Positions 9,298 to 19,663 of a DNA stretch of 64,000 nt are shown here, piece by piece. Where the stretch lies: positions 596,622 through 660,621 of the forward strand of contig OZ241963.1 in assembly GCA_965204115.1 (NCBI GenBank), in the 5' to 3' direction. The stretch's first letter is position 1. Every line of letters begins with the position of its first letter. The notes under the pieces are model-generated. The model was not told the origin of the DNA, ran no database searches, and worked only from the letters and a program-made list of their open reading frames with translations. A program made the position numbers and the translations under genes. The DNA comes from Minisyncoccota bacterium (GTDB lineage: Bacteria; Patescibacteriota; Minisyncoccia; Phycocordibacterales; JABAAK01).

Positions 9298-9948
9298 ATG
9301 GAAGTGCAGCGTATTGTTCAGGAACCACAGCACCATGCGTATGTTGTGTTCGGCTATACGCCGGGGGAGTTGTGCGCGGAGCGGTGTGAGGGACTGTTTG
9401 TAATAGAGACAGAAAAAGGTCTCGGCGTTGATGAGGTGCGGGAGCTGCAGCAGTATGCGTTTCAATCGGACGAGGCGCAGGAGCGGAAGATTGTGTTGGG
9501 TGCGTCGGGCATCACCCACCAGGCGCAGAATGCGCTGCTGAAAGTGATGGAGGAGGTCGCGGGGAGTACCTACTTTTTCCTGTGTCTGCCGCAAGGGACC
9601 GATGTGCTGGGAACGCTGTTGTCGCGGTGCTACATTATTGATCGGGATAGTGTCGGAGCAGGGTCGGCAGGGCAGTCGGAGCAGTTTGCGGAGTTTATCA
9701 ATGCGTCTGCGAAGGATCGACTGGCAACACTGGATGCGCTCTGGGACACCGGGGAGGGCGCACGGCATAGCGCGATTTTGCGGCTGCTGCAGGATTTTGA
9801 ACAGTATGTTCACCAGCGTATACAGGATAGCGGTGGGCAAACCGGAGAAGAGATTGCGCGGTGCAGGCGGGTGATAGGGAACTTGCGGGATGGTATTTAT
9901 GACGGCGCACTGCATAAAGGGACTTTGCAGGCACTGGCGTTTTGTTAA
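9298..9948 (+). CDS. holB: DNA polymerase III delta-prime subunit, reduced
   Basis: GVDEVREL, AQNALLKVMEE, TLLSRC; no Walker A or zinc module visible. Confidence 0.7.
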   Translation: MEVQRIVQEPQHHAYVVFGYTPGELCAERCEGLFVIETEKGLGVDEVRELQQYAFQSDEAQERKIVLGASGITHQAQNALLKVMEEVAGSTYFFLCLPQGTDVLGTLLSRCYIIDRDSVGAGSAGQSEQFAEFINASAKDRLATLDALWDTGEGARHSAILRLLQDFEQYVHQRIQDSGGQTGEEIARCRRVIGNLRDGIYDGALHKGTLQALAFC

Positions 9949-9952
9949 TTTA

Positions 9953-9981
9953 TTGACATATTTGATATATTGTTGTATACT
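9953..9981 (+). promoter_or_regulatory. Consensus sigma70 promoter of orphan ORF
   Basis: TTGACA-17 nt-TATACT. Confidence 0.75.
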
Positions 9982-10032
9982 ATATTTAGTCTTTTCTTTT
10001 CCCAAAACTTTTCCTAAAAGGAGGTGAAAAAA

Positions 10033-10236
10033 ATGAAGGAAAGAAAATTGATACTGCCCCCAGTCAAGTTAGGGCGCCACCCACTCTGGCTTCCCCCCTT
10101 CTCACAGGTTTCTTTATCTGAGCACCTTGGCGTAAAAATAGAAACTGCTGAAGAGGGAAAAAAGGCGGGGATCGTGACTCTTGAAGTTACGAAACCCACC
10201 ACCGCGGAAGTGCTCTGGTACGGGTGCTCCGCATAA
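10033..10236 (+). CDS. Small orphan protein (67 aa) with strong SD
   Basis: Own consensus promoter and AAGGAGGTGA at 10018-10027; no recognised motif. Confidence 0.5.
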   Translation: MKERKLILPPVKLGRHPLWLPPFSQVSLSEHLGVKIETAEEGKKAGIVTLEVTKPTTAEVLWYGCSA

Positions 10237-10334
10237 CCCGGCCATCTGCCACACACCAAAAGGAAAATCCGGTGTATGGAGGTGCTAAGCCGAGTTTTTC
10301 TGTTTATGGGGAGCGGGTGGTATACTTTTTATAT

Positions 10335-12188
10335 ATGAAATTGAACGAGGTGCGGCAGCGGTATGTGGATTTTATGCGGGATCGAGGGCATAAAGCGATA
10401 GGGTCTGCGCCGCTGGTGCCGCAGGAGGACTCAACGACACTGTTTACCGGTTCGGGTATGCAGCCGCTGGTGCCGTATCTGCTGGGGAAGGAGCATCAAC
10501 AGGGTTCGCGGCTGGTGAATTCGCAGAAGTGTTTTCGGGCGAATGATATTGAGGAGGTGGGGGACAACCGACATACGACTTTTTTTGAAATGTTGGGGAA
10601 TTGGTCGCTGGGGGACTATTTTAAAGAAGAGCAGTTGGAGCAGTATTTTACTTTTTTGACTGACAAAGAGGTTGGTCTCGGTCTTGATCCGCAGCGGCTG
10701 TATGTGACGGCGTTTGCCGGTGACGAATCAATCGGTATTCCGCGGGATGAGGTGTCTGCTGAGAAATGGCAGGCGTTGTTTGCTTCTGTCGGTATTGATG
10801 CCGGTATTGCGCATATCGGCTCACAGGAATCCGGTGATGAGCGTGGCATACAGGAGGGGGAGCGAATCTTTTTTTATGATGCGAGTGAAAACTGGTGGAG
10901 TCGGTCGGGCGAGCCGGAAAACATGCCGGTGGGCGAGCCGGGCGGTCCTGACTCGGAGGTATTTTATGATTTTGGTGAGGAGTACACTGATCCGGCGTAT
11001 GCGCACCTGAAGCCGCACCCCGCCAGTGATTCCGGGCGTTTTCTTGAAATCGGTAACTCGGTGTTTATGGAGTATGTGCGTACTGAAGACGGATTTGCGC
11101 CACTGCCGAAAAAGAATGTTGACTTTGGTGGCGGTTTAGAGCGTATGACTGCCGCGACTGAGCGGGTGGCGGATGTATTTACTATTGATATTTTTTCTGA
11201 CCTCTTGCGGTCGTTGACTGCGGCAAGTGGCGTGTCGTATGAGGAACAGCCGGAGCCGTTTCGGGTGATTGCGGATCACCTGCGTGGCGCGGTGTTTGCT
11301 ATTGCAGATGGGGTGGTGCCGTCTAATACAGATCGGGGGTATGTGCTGCGGCGATTGATTCGTGAGGCATTGTATAACCTGCGGTATGTATTGAAAATTG
11401 AGGAGGAGTCATTGGCATCGTTGTCGGCGCATTTTGTTTCGGTGTATCGTGACACCTACCCTGAAGTTGAGACGGCATCTGTTGCGCAGGTAATCGGCGA
11501 GGAAGAAGAGCAGTTTGCAAAGACCCTGCGCAATGGTATGCGGGAGCTGGAGCGGATGCTGAAAAAGAAGTCGCTTGATGGGGAAGCGGTATTTATGCTG
11601 CAGAGTTCGTACGGATTTCCGAAGGAGTTGACGGTGTCGCTTGCAGAGGAGAAGGGTGTCGCTGTTTCACTTGACGGTTACGACGAAGCGATGGAAAAAC
11701 ACCGCGCGTTGTCGCGACAGGCGAGCGAGGAGAAGTTTAAAGGCGGCTTGTCGGACACCAGTGATATGAGTGTGAAGTATCACACCGCGACACACCTGCT
11801 GCATCAGGCACTGCGGGATGTGCTGGGAGACGGGGTAGAGCAGAAGGGTTCTAATATCACGCCGGAGCGGTTGCGGTTTGACTTTTCACACGGCGAGAAG
11901 ATGACCGATGAGCAAAAGCAGCAGGTTGAGGAAATTGTCAATGAGAAGATACAAGCGGCATTGCCGGTTTCGTATCAGGATATGTCAATTGAGGAGGCGC
12001 GGCAGCTCGGCGCTATCGGTGTGTTTTCATACGATGATGTGGTGCGGGTGTACTCTGTCGGTGACTACAGCAAAGAGTTTTGCGGAGGGCCGCATGTTGA
12101 AAATACTTCTGAGTTGGGGAAGTTTCAGATCAAAAAAGAGGAGGCAGTCGGAAGTGGTGTGCGGAGGATTAAGGCGGTGCTTGCGTGA
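10335..12188 (+). CDS. alaS: Alanyl-tRNA synthetase lacking the C-Ala domain
   Basis: LFTGSGMQPL, HTTFFEMLGNWS, VDFGGGLER, HTATHLL, EFCGGPHV; ends at GVRRIKAVLA. Confidence 0.95.
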   Translation: MKLNEVRQRYVDFMRDRGHKAIGSAPLVPQEDSTTLFTGSGMQPLVPYLLGKEHQQGSRLVNSQKCFRANDIEEVGDNRHTTFFEMLGNWSLGDYFKEEQLEQYFTFLTDKEVGLGLDPQRLYVTAFAGDESIGIPRDEVSAEKWQALFASVGIDAGIAHIGSQESGDERGIQEGERIFFYDASENWWSRSGEPENMPVGEPGGPDSEVFYDFGEEYTDPAYAHLKPHPASDSGRFLEIGNSVFMEYVRTEDGFAPLPKKNVDFGGGLERMTAATERVADVFTIDIFSDLLRSLTAASGVSYEEQPEPFRVIADHLRGAVFAIADGVVPSNTDRGYVLRRLIREALYNLRYVLKIEEESLASLSAHFVSVYRDTYPEVETASVAQVIGEEEEQFAKTLRNGMRELERMLKKKSLDGEAVFMLQSSYGFPKELTVSLAEEKGVAVSLDGYDEAMEKHRALSRQASEEKFKGGLSDTSDMSVKYHTATHLLHQALRDVLGDGVEQKGSNITPERLRFDFSHGEKMTDEQKQQVEEIVNEKIQAALPVSYQDMSIEEARQLGAIGVFSYDDVVRVYSVGDYSKEFCGGPHVENTSELGKFQIKKEEAVGSGVRRIKAVLA

Positions 12189-12278
12189 CAAGGTACTGCT
12201 GTGAATGTCGCAAAATGGTATCCTGTTAGTAGGTGTGTTGTGTGGTGCTACACCAGGGTGTATAAAGGAGGTATGATA

Positions 12279-12719
12279 ATGGTCAAACAAATTTTAAAAC
12301 ACAGGGTGTGTTTGCTGATGTTCGCTGTTCTGATTGTTGGGGTTGTGTGGATTGGGTGTGATCAGATGCGGGACTCACTGACTGTCGTTCCGTCGGGTGG
12401 TGATCCGTATGAAATCAACGCCGCGACGATATCTGGTGATGTGTTATCGGTAAGTGTTTCGTTTTCTGGTGGTTGTGAGGCGCATGAGTTCACACTAGGT
12501 CTGAGTGACGGATTTTTAGAATCAAACCCAGTGCAGTTATGGGCATGGTTGCTCCACGATGCAAAAGGTGATTCATGTGAAGCGTACCCGACTGAAGAGC
12601 GTCAGTTTGACCTGACGCCGATTAAGGCACGCTACCGGCAAGCGTATCAACAGCAGGAAGGGGTGGTCATCATACTACTTGAAGGCGCACCTGAAGGCTC
12701 GCTTGTTTACGAATTTTAG
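12279..12719 (+). CDS. Putative lipoprotein (NigD-like C-terminal fold)
   Basis: Signal peptide ending IGC; SGGCEAHEF, ESNPVQ, GDSCEA; SD AAGGAGGT at 12265-12272. Confidence 0.6.
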   Translation: MVKQILKHRVCLLMFAVLIVGVVWIGCDQMRDSLTVVPSGGDPYEINAATISGDVLSVSVSFSGGCEAHEFTLGLSDGFLESNPVQLWAWLLHDAKGDSCEAYPTEERQFDLTPIKARYRQAYQQQEGVVIILLEGAPEGSLVYEF

Positions 12720-12757
12720 AAAGCTTGAAGTGTGCGATATGTCACCCTGACTGGCTA

Positions 12758-12792
12758 GGGAGTGTCCGCGTAAGGACGCTCCCTTCTTTTTT
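12758..12792 (+). terminator. Intrinsic terminator
   Basis: GGGAGTGTCC-GCGTAA-GGACGCTCCC followed by TTCTTTTTT. Confidence 0.75.
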
Positions 12793-12817
12793 ATTCTGTA
12801 TAATACCTATAGGTATT

Positions 12818-13813
12818 ATGAAACGAGTTGCTATAAATGGTTTCGGGCGGATTGGGCGGGCGTTTTTTCGCCTTGCTTTCGCCTCTAAGGATATTGAGGT
12901 GGTTGCAGTGAATGATTTGATGGATGTTGAGGCGGCAGCGTATCTGCTGCAGTATGATTCAATGTATGGGAGGTTTGCGCCGGAGGTTTCTGCTGAGGAG
13001 GGAGTGCTGCGGGTTGGCTCCCGGAAAGTTTCGTGGCTGTCGGAGAAGAATCCGACTGAGTTGCCGTGGCGCTCGTTAGGGGCTGCTGTGGTGATAGAGG
13101 CGACCGGTGTGTTTGTGTCGTATGAGAAGGCGTATATGCATATTATGGCGGGGGCTGAGCATGTGTTGGTTACTGCGCCGGTGAAAGGTGAGCCGCCGGA
13201 AAATGTACAGGCGGGGACGGTGTTGTTCGGTATCAATGAGGATGCTTCGCGGGAGTACTCAGTTTCGTCTAACGCGTCATGCACGACGAATGCGGTTGGC
13301 ATCCCACTTGCGCTGCTGGATAAGGAGGTTGGTGTTGAGAGCGCTCTTTTGAATACGGTGCATAGTTATACGGCGACGCAGCAGACCGTTGACGGTCTTT
13401 CGGCAAAGGATGATTTGCGGTTCGGACGGTCGGCGGCGATGAATATCATTCCATCTTCTACCGGCGCCGCGATTGCGACGACGAAAGTGCTGCCGTCTTT
13501 GCAGGGGAAGTTTGACGGCATTGCGTTGCGGGTGCCGACCGCTGTCGGTTCGCTGGTTGACCTGACCTTTGTCGTGAAGCAGAAGACAACGGTGAGGGAA
13601 GTGAACGAGGTGCTGGAGCGGGGCAGTGGTTCACTATTTTCTACAACGAGTGATCCGCTCGTTTCGTCTGATATTGTCGGTGAGCCGTTTGTGTCTATTG
13701 CTGATTTATCTATGACGCGCGTGGTGAACGGTAATTTGGTGAAGGTTCTGCTGTGGTATGATAACGAGGTAGGGTATGCGCAATCGCTTATTGAGCGTGC
13801 CAAATATATATGA
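12818..13813 (+). CDS. gap: Type I glyceraldehyde-3-phosphate dehydrogenase
   Basis: VAINGFGRIGR, SNASCTTN, NIIPSSTGAA, WYDNE. Confidence 0.95.
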   Translation: MKRVAINGFGRIGRAFFRLAFASKDIEVVAVNDLMDVEAAAYLLQYDSMYGRFAPEVSAEEGVLRVGSRKVSWLSEKNPTELPWRSLGAAVVIEATGVFVSYEKAYMHIMAGAEHVLVTAPVKGEPPENVQAGTVLFGINEDASREYSVSSNASCTTNAVGIPLALLDKEVGVESALLNTVHSYTATQQTVDGLSAKDDLRFGRSAAMNIIPSSTGAAIATTKVLPSLQGKFDGIALRVPTAVGSLVDLTFVVKQKTTVREVNEVLERGSGSLFSTTSDPLVSSDIVGEPFVSIADLSMTRVVNGNLVKVLLWYDNEVGYAQSLIERAKYI

Positions 13814-14256
13814 GTACCATTATTCTTGCAGCAGATCACGCGGGTTTTGAGATGAAGGAGCGTGTTAAGCAGTTTCTTGAGAAAGCCGGGTATACCGTTG
13901 AGGATGTTGGGGCGCATGCTCTTGACCCTGATGATGACTATCCGTCGTATATGCAGGCGGCGGCGAAACTGCTGTTAAAAACACCTGACTCGTTTGGTGT
14001 TGTGTTCGGTGGCTCAGGGCAGGGTGAGGCGATGGTGATGAATCGTTATAAGGGTATACGGGCAATTGTGTATGCTGGGTCTAATCCTGACCTTGCGAAA
14101 ACCGGTCGGGAACATAACAATGCGAATGTGCTGTCGATCGGCGCTCGTTTTCTCAGTGTCACGCAGGCGGAGGTGGCAGTTGAGGTGTTTTTGTCAGCAG
14201 CGTTTTCTCCTGAAGAGCGGCATCAACGGCGGATTGAGCAGATTGATGCTTCGTAA
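13810..14256 (+). CDS. rpiB: Ribose-5-phosphate isomerase B
   Basis: ADHAG, DDYP, GGSGQGE, REHNNANVL, RHQRRI. Confidence 0.92.
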   Translation: MSTIILAADHAGFEMKERVKQFLEKAGYTVEDVGAHALDPDDDYPSYMQAAAKLLLKTPDSFGVVFGGSGQGEAMVMNRYKGIRAIVYAGSNPDLAKTGREHNNANVLSIGARFLSVTQAEVAVEVFLSAAFSPEERHQRRIEQIDAS

Positions 14257-14278
14257 TCGGTGGTAGTATGTCAAGTGT

Positions 14279-14968
14279 ATGAAGACCGTCATTGTTCCTG
14301 CGATTCTGGAGAAGTCGTTTGATGCTATCCGGGAGGCGGTGGAGCGTGCGCGCGGTGTTGCGAAGGCGATACAGGTTGATGTTGTGGATGGGGTGTACGC
14401 GCCTAATGCGTCGTGGCCCTTTTCGGCGGATGGCGATGCGTCTGCTGCGCGCTTGTCAGAGAAGGAGTTGGCTGAAAAGGCCGAGTGTCTGTATGATTTG
14501 CGGGTGCCGTTTGAGTTGGATTTAATGGTGCAGAGTCCTGAGGATTCGCTCGGCGTGTGGCTTTTGACTGACGCGACTCGGTTAATTATTCATCGTGCGT
14601 CCACCCAGTATGTTTCCTATTGTGTGAATCGGGTGAAGGAAGACGGACGGGAGGTGTATTTAGGATTGACTACCGCTGACACTGTTGCCGGTGTTGCTTC
14701 AGTGCTTGAGATTGTTGACGGCGTGCAGTGCATGGGTATCGCGGAGATTGGCAAGCAAGGGGAGCCGTATGATGAGCGGGTTGAGACGCTGATCGCGGAT
14801 ATTCATACGGCATATCCCAAGCTGCCGATACAGGTTGACGGTGGGGTTTCTGCGCAGACCATGCCACGGCTGCTGTCGGCGGGTGTGAAGCAGTTTGCCG
14901 TCGGCTCCGCCCTTTTTCAGGGGGATGTTAAGGAGAATTTTTCTGTGCTGCAGGAATCTGTTGCGTAG
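14279..14968 (+). CDS. rpe: Ribulose-phosphate 3-epimerase, divergent
   Basis: IVPAIL, QVDVVDG, QCMG...GKQG, IQVDGGV, VGSALF. Confidence 0.85.
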   Translation: MKTVIVPAILEKSFDAIREAVERARGVAKAIQVDVVDGVYAPNASWPFSADGDASAARLSEKELAEKAECLYDLRVPFELDLMVQSPEDSLGVWLLTDATRLIIHRASTQYVSYCVNRVKEDGREVYLGLTTADTVAGVASVLEIVDGVQCMGIAEIGKQGEPYDERVETLIADIHTAYPKLPIQVDGGVSAQTMPRLLSAGVKQFAVGSALFQGDVKENFSVLQESVA

Positions 14969-15012
14969 CGGGTTTTTATATTTTTGCTCCAAAAAGGCAC
15001 TACTCATCTTAC

Positions 15013-15041
15013 TTGACATATTAAGGATTATGTGTTATAAT
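15013..15041 (+). promoter_or_regulatory. Perfect sigma70 promoter of orphan ORF
   Basis: TTGACA-17 nt-TATAAT with TG extension. Confidence 0.8.
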
Positions 15042-15078
15042 TATATCATATAAATCTTTGCAAAAGGAGGTACACAAA

Positions 15079-15537
15079 ATGCGTGTACCAAAGAAAGTTT
15101 TGAAGTTAGGGCCGGAGGCGGTCCAAGAGTGGAGAGTAGAGGTCGTGGTCGAGCTGGCAAAGGCGGCGAATAAGCCCGCAGTTATTGCTGCTCAAGAGGC
15201 GGTGAGAGCCGTCCTCCCAAAATCGGCTAGTGTTGAAGAGGTCCGGTCGTTAGCCGAGGCCGCTACCAGCGTTTTGCTGGAAGCAGTAGAATTGGGGGAA
15301 TCTCGAGTGGAGGCTTTTGTTGACCGTTTCGTTAGCAGGGAGGATGCAGCACCCCCTCCACCTCCACCGGTTCCAATGGTTCCAAAGAAAAAGCATCCGA
15401 ATATACTGGCGGACCTTCCGCCATTGCAGCCGGGGATGCGGCGAGAGGTCCACTTCCGTACCTCGCGGCCTGAATCCCAAGGGTATGGCAAGCTGCCGGT
15501 CTTTGGAAACGGAAAAAAAGTTGCCTTTATTTCATGA
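15079..15537 (+). CDS. Orphan protein (152 aa) with polyproline tract and strong SD
   Basis: AAGGAGGT 7 nt before ATG; own promoter and terminator; APPPPPPVPMVP. Confidence 0.65.
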   Translation: MRVPKKVLKLGPEAVQEWRVEVVVELAKAANKPAVIAAQEAVRAVLPKSASVEEVRSLAEAATSVLLEAVELGESRVEAFVDRFVSREDAAPPPPPPVPMVPKKKHPNILADLPPLQPGMRREVHFRTSRPESQGYGKLPVFGNGKKVAFIS

Positions 15538-15560
15538 GGTTTCATAAAGAGACCTCTCTT

Positions 15561-15604
15561 GAAACCCAAAAGCACAACATAATGACTATGTGCTTTTGGG
15601 TTTC
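15561..15604 (+). terminator. Intrinsic terminator
   Basis: GAAACCCAAAAGCACA...TGTGCTTTTGGGTTTC followed by T-rich run. Confidence 0.75.
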
Positions 15605-15702
15605 TTTGTTTTTATAATAACCTTGTATATAGTTTACTCAGTTTCACCTCTGGTTACTATGTGGCAAGCATTACTATTAGCAGTGTTGTATACTGAAAGT
15701 GT

Positions 15703-16482
15703 ATGAGGAGGATTGCCGTTGCTGTGACTTACTCACGACTGTTCCATGTCGTGTCGGTTGTGTTTGATGTGGTGGCCATCACTTATTTTGTGTGGTCGTT
15801 CTTTTTTCTTGCGGAGCCACTTGTGCCGTTTGAGTTGTTTCTTGGGGGATTTTTTGCGATAGAGTATGTACTGCTGTTGCTGGCGAGTGAGCGGTGGTGG
15901 CGATACATTCGGCATCCGCTTGCGGTATCTAACGCACTGATTGTTGTCGGCTACCTTGCCGCGCCGTTTTGGAATTTTGGCTTCCTTCGTATCTTACGGG
16001 TGTTTCGGGTTATTCAGCTGTATCAAATTATTCCGGATATACGTATGTTTACCAACCGGATTGTGTTTTGGGAAAAACTGTTCGCTACTTTTGTGCATGT
16101 GTGTGTGCTGGTGTTTGTTATCACGAAAGTGGTATTTGTGCTGCAGGCGAATGTCAACACTGATATCACGACTGTCTTTGATGCGTTTTACTTTACGGTC
16201 AACGCTATTACGAAGGTTGGTGACGGCGATACCGTCAAGCTGGTTGGCACGCAGGGGAAAGTACTCACCCTTATCACTGCCTTTTTGAGTTTGTCTATTT
16301 TTGTGCAGTTGTTGGATACCGTGCGGGAAGTGCAGCAGATTCGTCTGACGCGGAAAAAGCAGGAAGGAAAAAGGAAATCTCAGAAGCGCGGTAAAAGAAG
16401 GGTGAACGAAGAGATATACACCGAGCATCTGTGTACCTATTGCGATATTAAGAATAGGGATAAGTTTGCTTCTTGTAAGTAA
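15703..16482 (+). CDS. 6-TM cation channel (voltage-gated K+ channel-like) with TKVGDGD filter
   Basis: S4-like FLRILRVFRVIQL; pore helix DAFYFTVNAITKVGDGD. Confidence 0.85.
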   Translation: MRRIAVAVTYSRLFHVVSVVFDVVAITYFVWSFFFLAEPLVPFELFLGGFFAIEYVLLLLASERWWRYIRHPLAVSNALIVVGYLAAPFWNFGFLRILRVFRVIQLYQIIPDIRMFTNRIVFWEKLFATFVHVCVLVFVITKVVFVLQANVNTDITTVFDAFYFTVNAITKVGDGDTVKLVGTQGKVLTLITAFLSLSIFVQLLDTVREVQQIRLTRKKQEGKRKSQKRGKRRVNEEIYTEHLCTYCDIKNRDKFASCK

Positions 16483-16705
16483 GTGCGGCACCGTGTGGGA
16501 TGTGCTGTTTTTGCACCTCGTTTTGATAGTCAAATAGTATGGTATACTATTTGTACGCATATCGTAGTGTGGCTGTGGTGGGATGTGCGTGTATATTTTG
16601 TGATGAGGGCGCTGATGATCCTTACAATTTTTTCTATCTATAGTTTTTATACGAAACTATGCAACACAACAAACCAAAATTGCAAGAGGTTGTTGTCTTT
16701 AACTG

Positions 16706-16731
16706 ACAATTTTCTCTTGCTCCAACCGTTT
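16706..16731 (+). other. 5' arm of 16S pre-rRNA processing stem
   Basis: CAATTTTCTCTTGCTCCAACCGTT pairs with AACGGCTGGAGCAAGAGAAAGTTG at ~18306-18329. Confidence 0.75.
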
Positions 16732-16732
16732 T

Positions 16733-18194
<1,462 letters not shown>

Positions 18195-18459
18195 GAAACT
18201 TCTCCTGAAAAGGAGATGAGTCAATTGGTCACTACAGTGTAGTGATTAGGACAGTGGTACCATGTCCGTAAATCGTACCCGCTCTCCCGGATACGCGAAA
18301 CCGGGAACGGCTGGAGCAAGAGAAAGTTGTTTGTTGGGATGTTTGTGGATAGAGGGTATTTGTAGTATTTTTTAGAATTATTCAGGGCCCCCTTGCGGAG
18401 GTCCCGACGCGCCAAAGGCGGTATGTGCTGTCATTGTAGCACTAGATGATTTCTGTCAA

Positions 18460-18581
18460 GAGGTTGTTGTAGAATGTTTGTGTAGTGTGGTATACTGATA
18501 TCAATAGACAGGTGGAGGTGGAGGTTGTTGTAGAATGTTTGTGTAGTGTGGTATACTGATATCAATAGACAGGTGGAGGTG
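18460..18581 (+). repeat. Perfect 2 x 61-bp tandem duplication containing a promoter
   Basis: GAGGTTGTTGTAGAATGTTTGTGTAGTGTGGTATACTGATATCAATAGACAGGTGGAGGTG at 18460-18520 and 18521-18581. Confidence 0.95.
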
Positions 18582-18592
18582 TCGGAAATGGT

Positions 18593-19120
18593 ATGGACAC
18601 AGAAGCAAAAACAAATACAACACTTTCTGCTATGGATGTGGCAAGGCATGTCATCGCTGCATTCTATGGCAAGGGTAAGGAGGTTGATGAAAGGGTTTCT
18701 GAAGGCATATCAAACCTGAAATTGCAAAAGCTTCTATACTTCTGTCAGGCATTTTCATTAGCTAAGCTGGATAGACCGATGTTTAAAGAAGAATTAAGCG
18801 CATGGAAATACGGACCGGTGGTAAGTGAGGTGTATGAAAAGTACAAAGAACATGAAAATAATCCATTACCCGAGCCGGAACTGCAGGAGGGCGCTACAAA
18901 CTTATCTGATGAAGATAAAGTGGTGGTGCGTGAGGTGTTAGAGATTTTTGGTGGCTATTCAGCGATTCGACTGATGGAGACCACTCATTCACACAAACCA
19001 TGGAAGGATTTAGAAAAGAGGGTGGAAAAAGGAGAGCGAGATATTGTTATCCCACAGGAGGCGATGAAAAAGTACTACAAACCAATGCTATCCGTAGAGG
19101 AAGAGTATGGCAGTAATTGA
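18593..19120 (+). CDS. Panacea (DUF4065, SocA/GepA-like) antitoxin
   Basis: ISNLKLQKLLYFCQ, AWKYGPVV..VY, YSAIRLMETTHSHKPW. Confidence 0.9.
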   Translation: MDTEAKTNTTLSAMDVARHVIAAFYGKGKEVDERVSEGISNLKLQKLLYFCQAFSLAKLDRPMFKEELSAWKYGPVVSEVYEKYKEHENNPLPEPELQEGATNLSDEDKVVVREVLEIFGGYSAIRLMETTHSHKPWKDLEKRVEKGERDIVIPQEAMKKYYKPMLSVEEEYGSN

Positions 19121-19529
19121 TCCTAATTTTGCAGAAGAGAATTTTAAATATTCATTTAGCAGCGTTAATTATAATCACAAGCCGAAGCTGAAAAGTGTAA
19201 AATTGGAGAAAGAAAACTTTAAAAAAATAGAGAAGGTGTTTGATGTGTTAAAAAAGCTTGAGGTGTAAAGGTGGAGTGAGATTCCAAATTCGGATTTTCT
19301 CTATAGCGGGGCGCAGGCAAATCGGATAAAGGAGGTGAAAGACAAGGAGGTGAAAGAGGTTATAAGGAATGCCTTTGCTGATCATGAAACAGATTATTCA
19401 AATGAAGAGACCTATTATCCGTCATACCTTTCAGTGACAAAAGAAATACGCCTTTTCGGCTATCAGTGGAAAGGAGTATTCAAGATAGTTCTTGTAGATT
19501 TTGAGCATGCCGTCCAAAAAAGAAATTGA
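19107..19529 (+). pseudogene. Putative cognate toxin (RelE-like), interrupted by one in-frame TAA
   Basis: ATG 19107 overlaps the antitoxin end; TAA at 19266-19268; the same frame continues to TGA 19529 with RLFGYQWKGVFKIVLVDFEH. Confidence 0.7.
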
Positions 19530-19663
19530 TTTATATTTATAGGTGATAGAAATCTATCGCAGGAAAGATTTTTGTGATGTTGTGGTTGTGTTGACATATT
19601 TTTTCCTCGTCTCTATGTCATGTCTACACCTTTTTGTTTTAGCAGGGTCTATACTATACCTGT

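Noticed and set aside
13810-14256. Inactive RpiB (no catalytic Cys)
   Set aside because: GGSGxGE is the known Glu-based variant, as in Mycobacterium RpiB
19266-19268. Stop-codon recoding (genetic code 25 or readthrough)
   Set aside because: The codon is TAA, and TGA, TAA and TAG all end conserved genes at expected positions (alaS and argS end in TGA)
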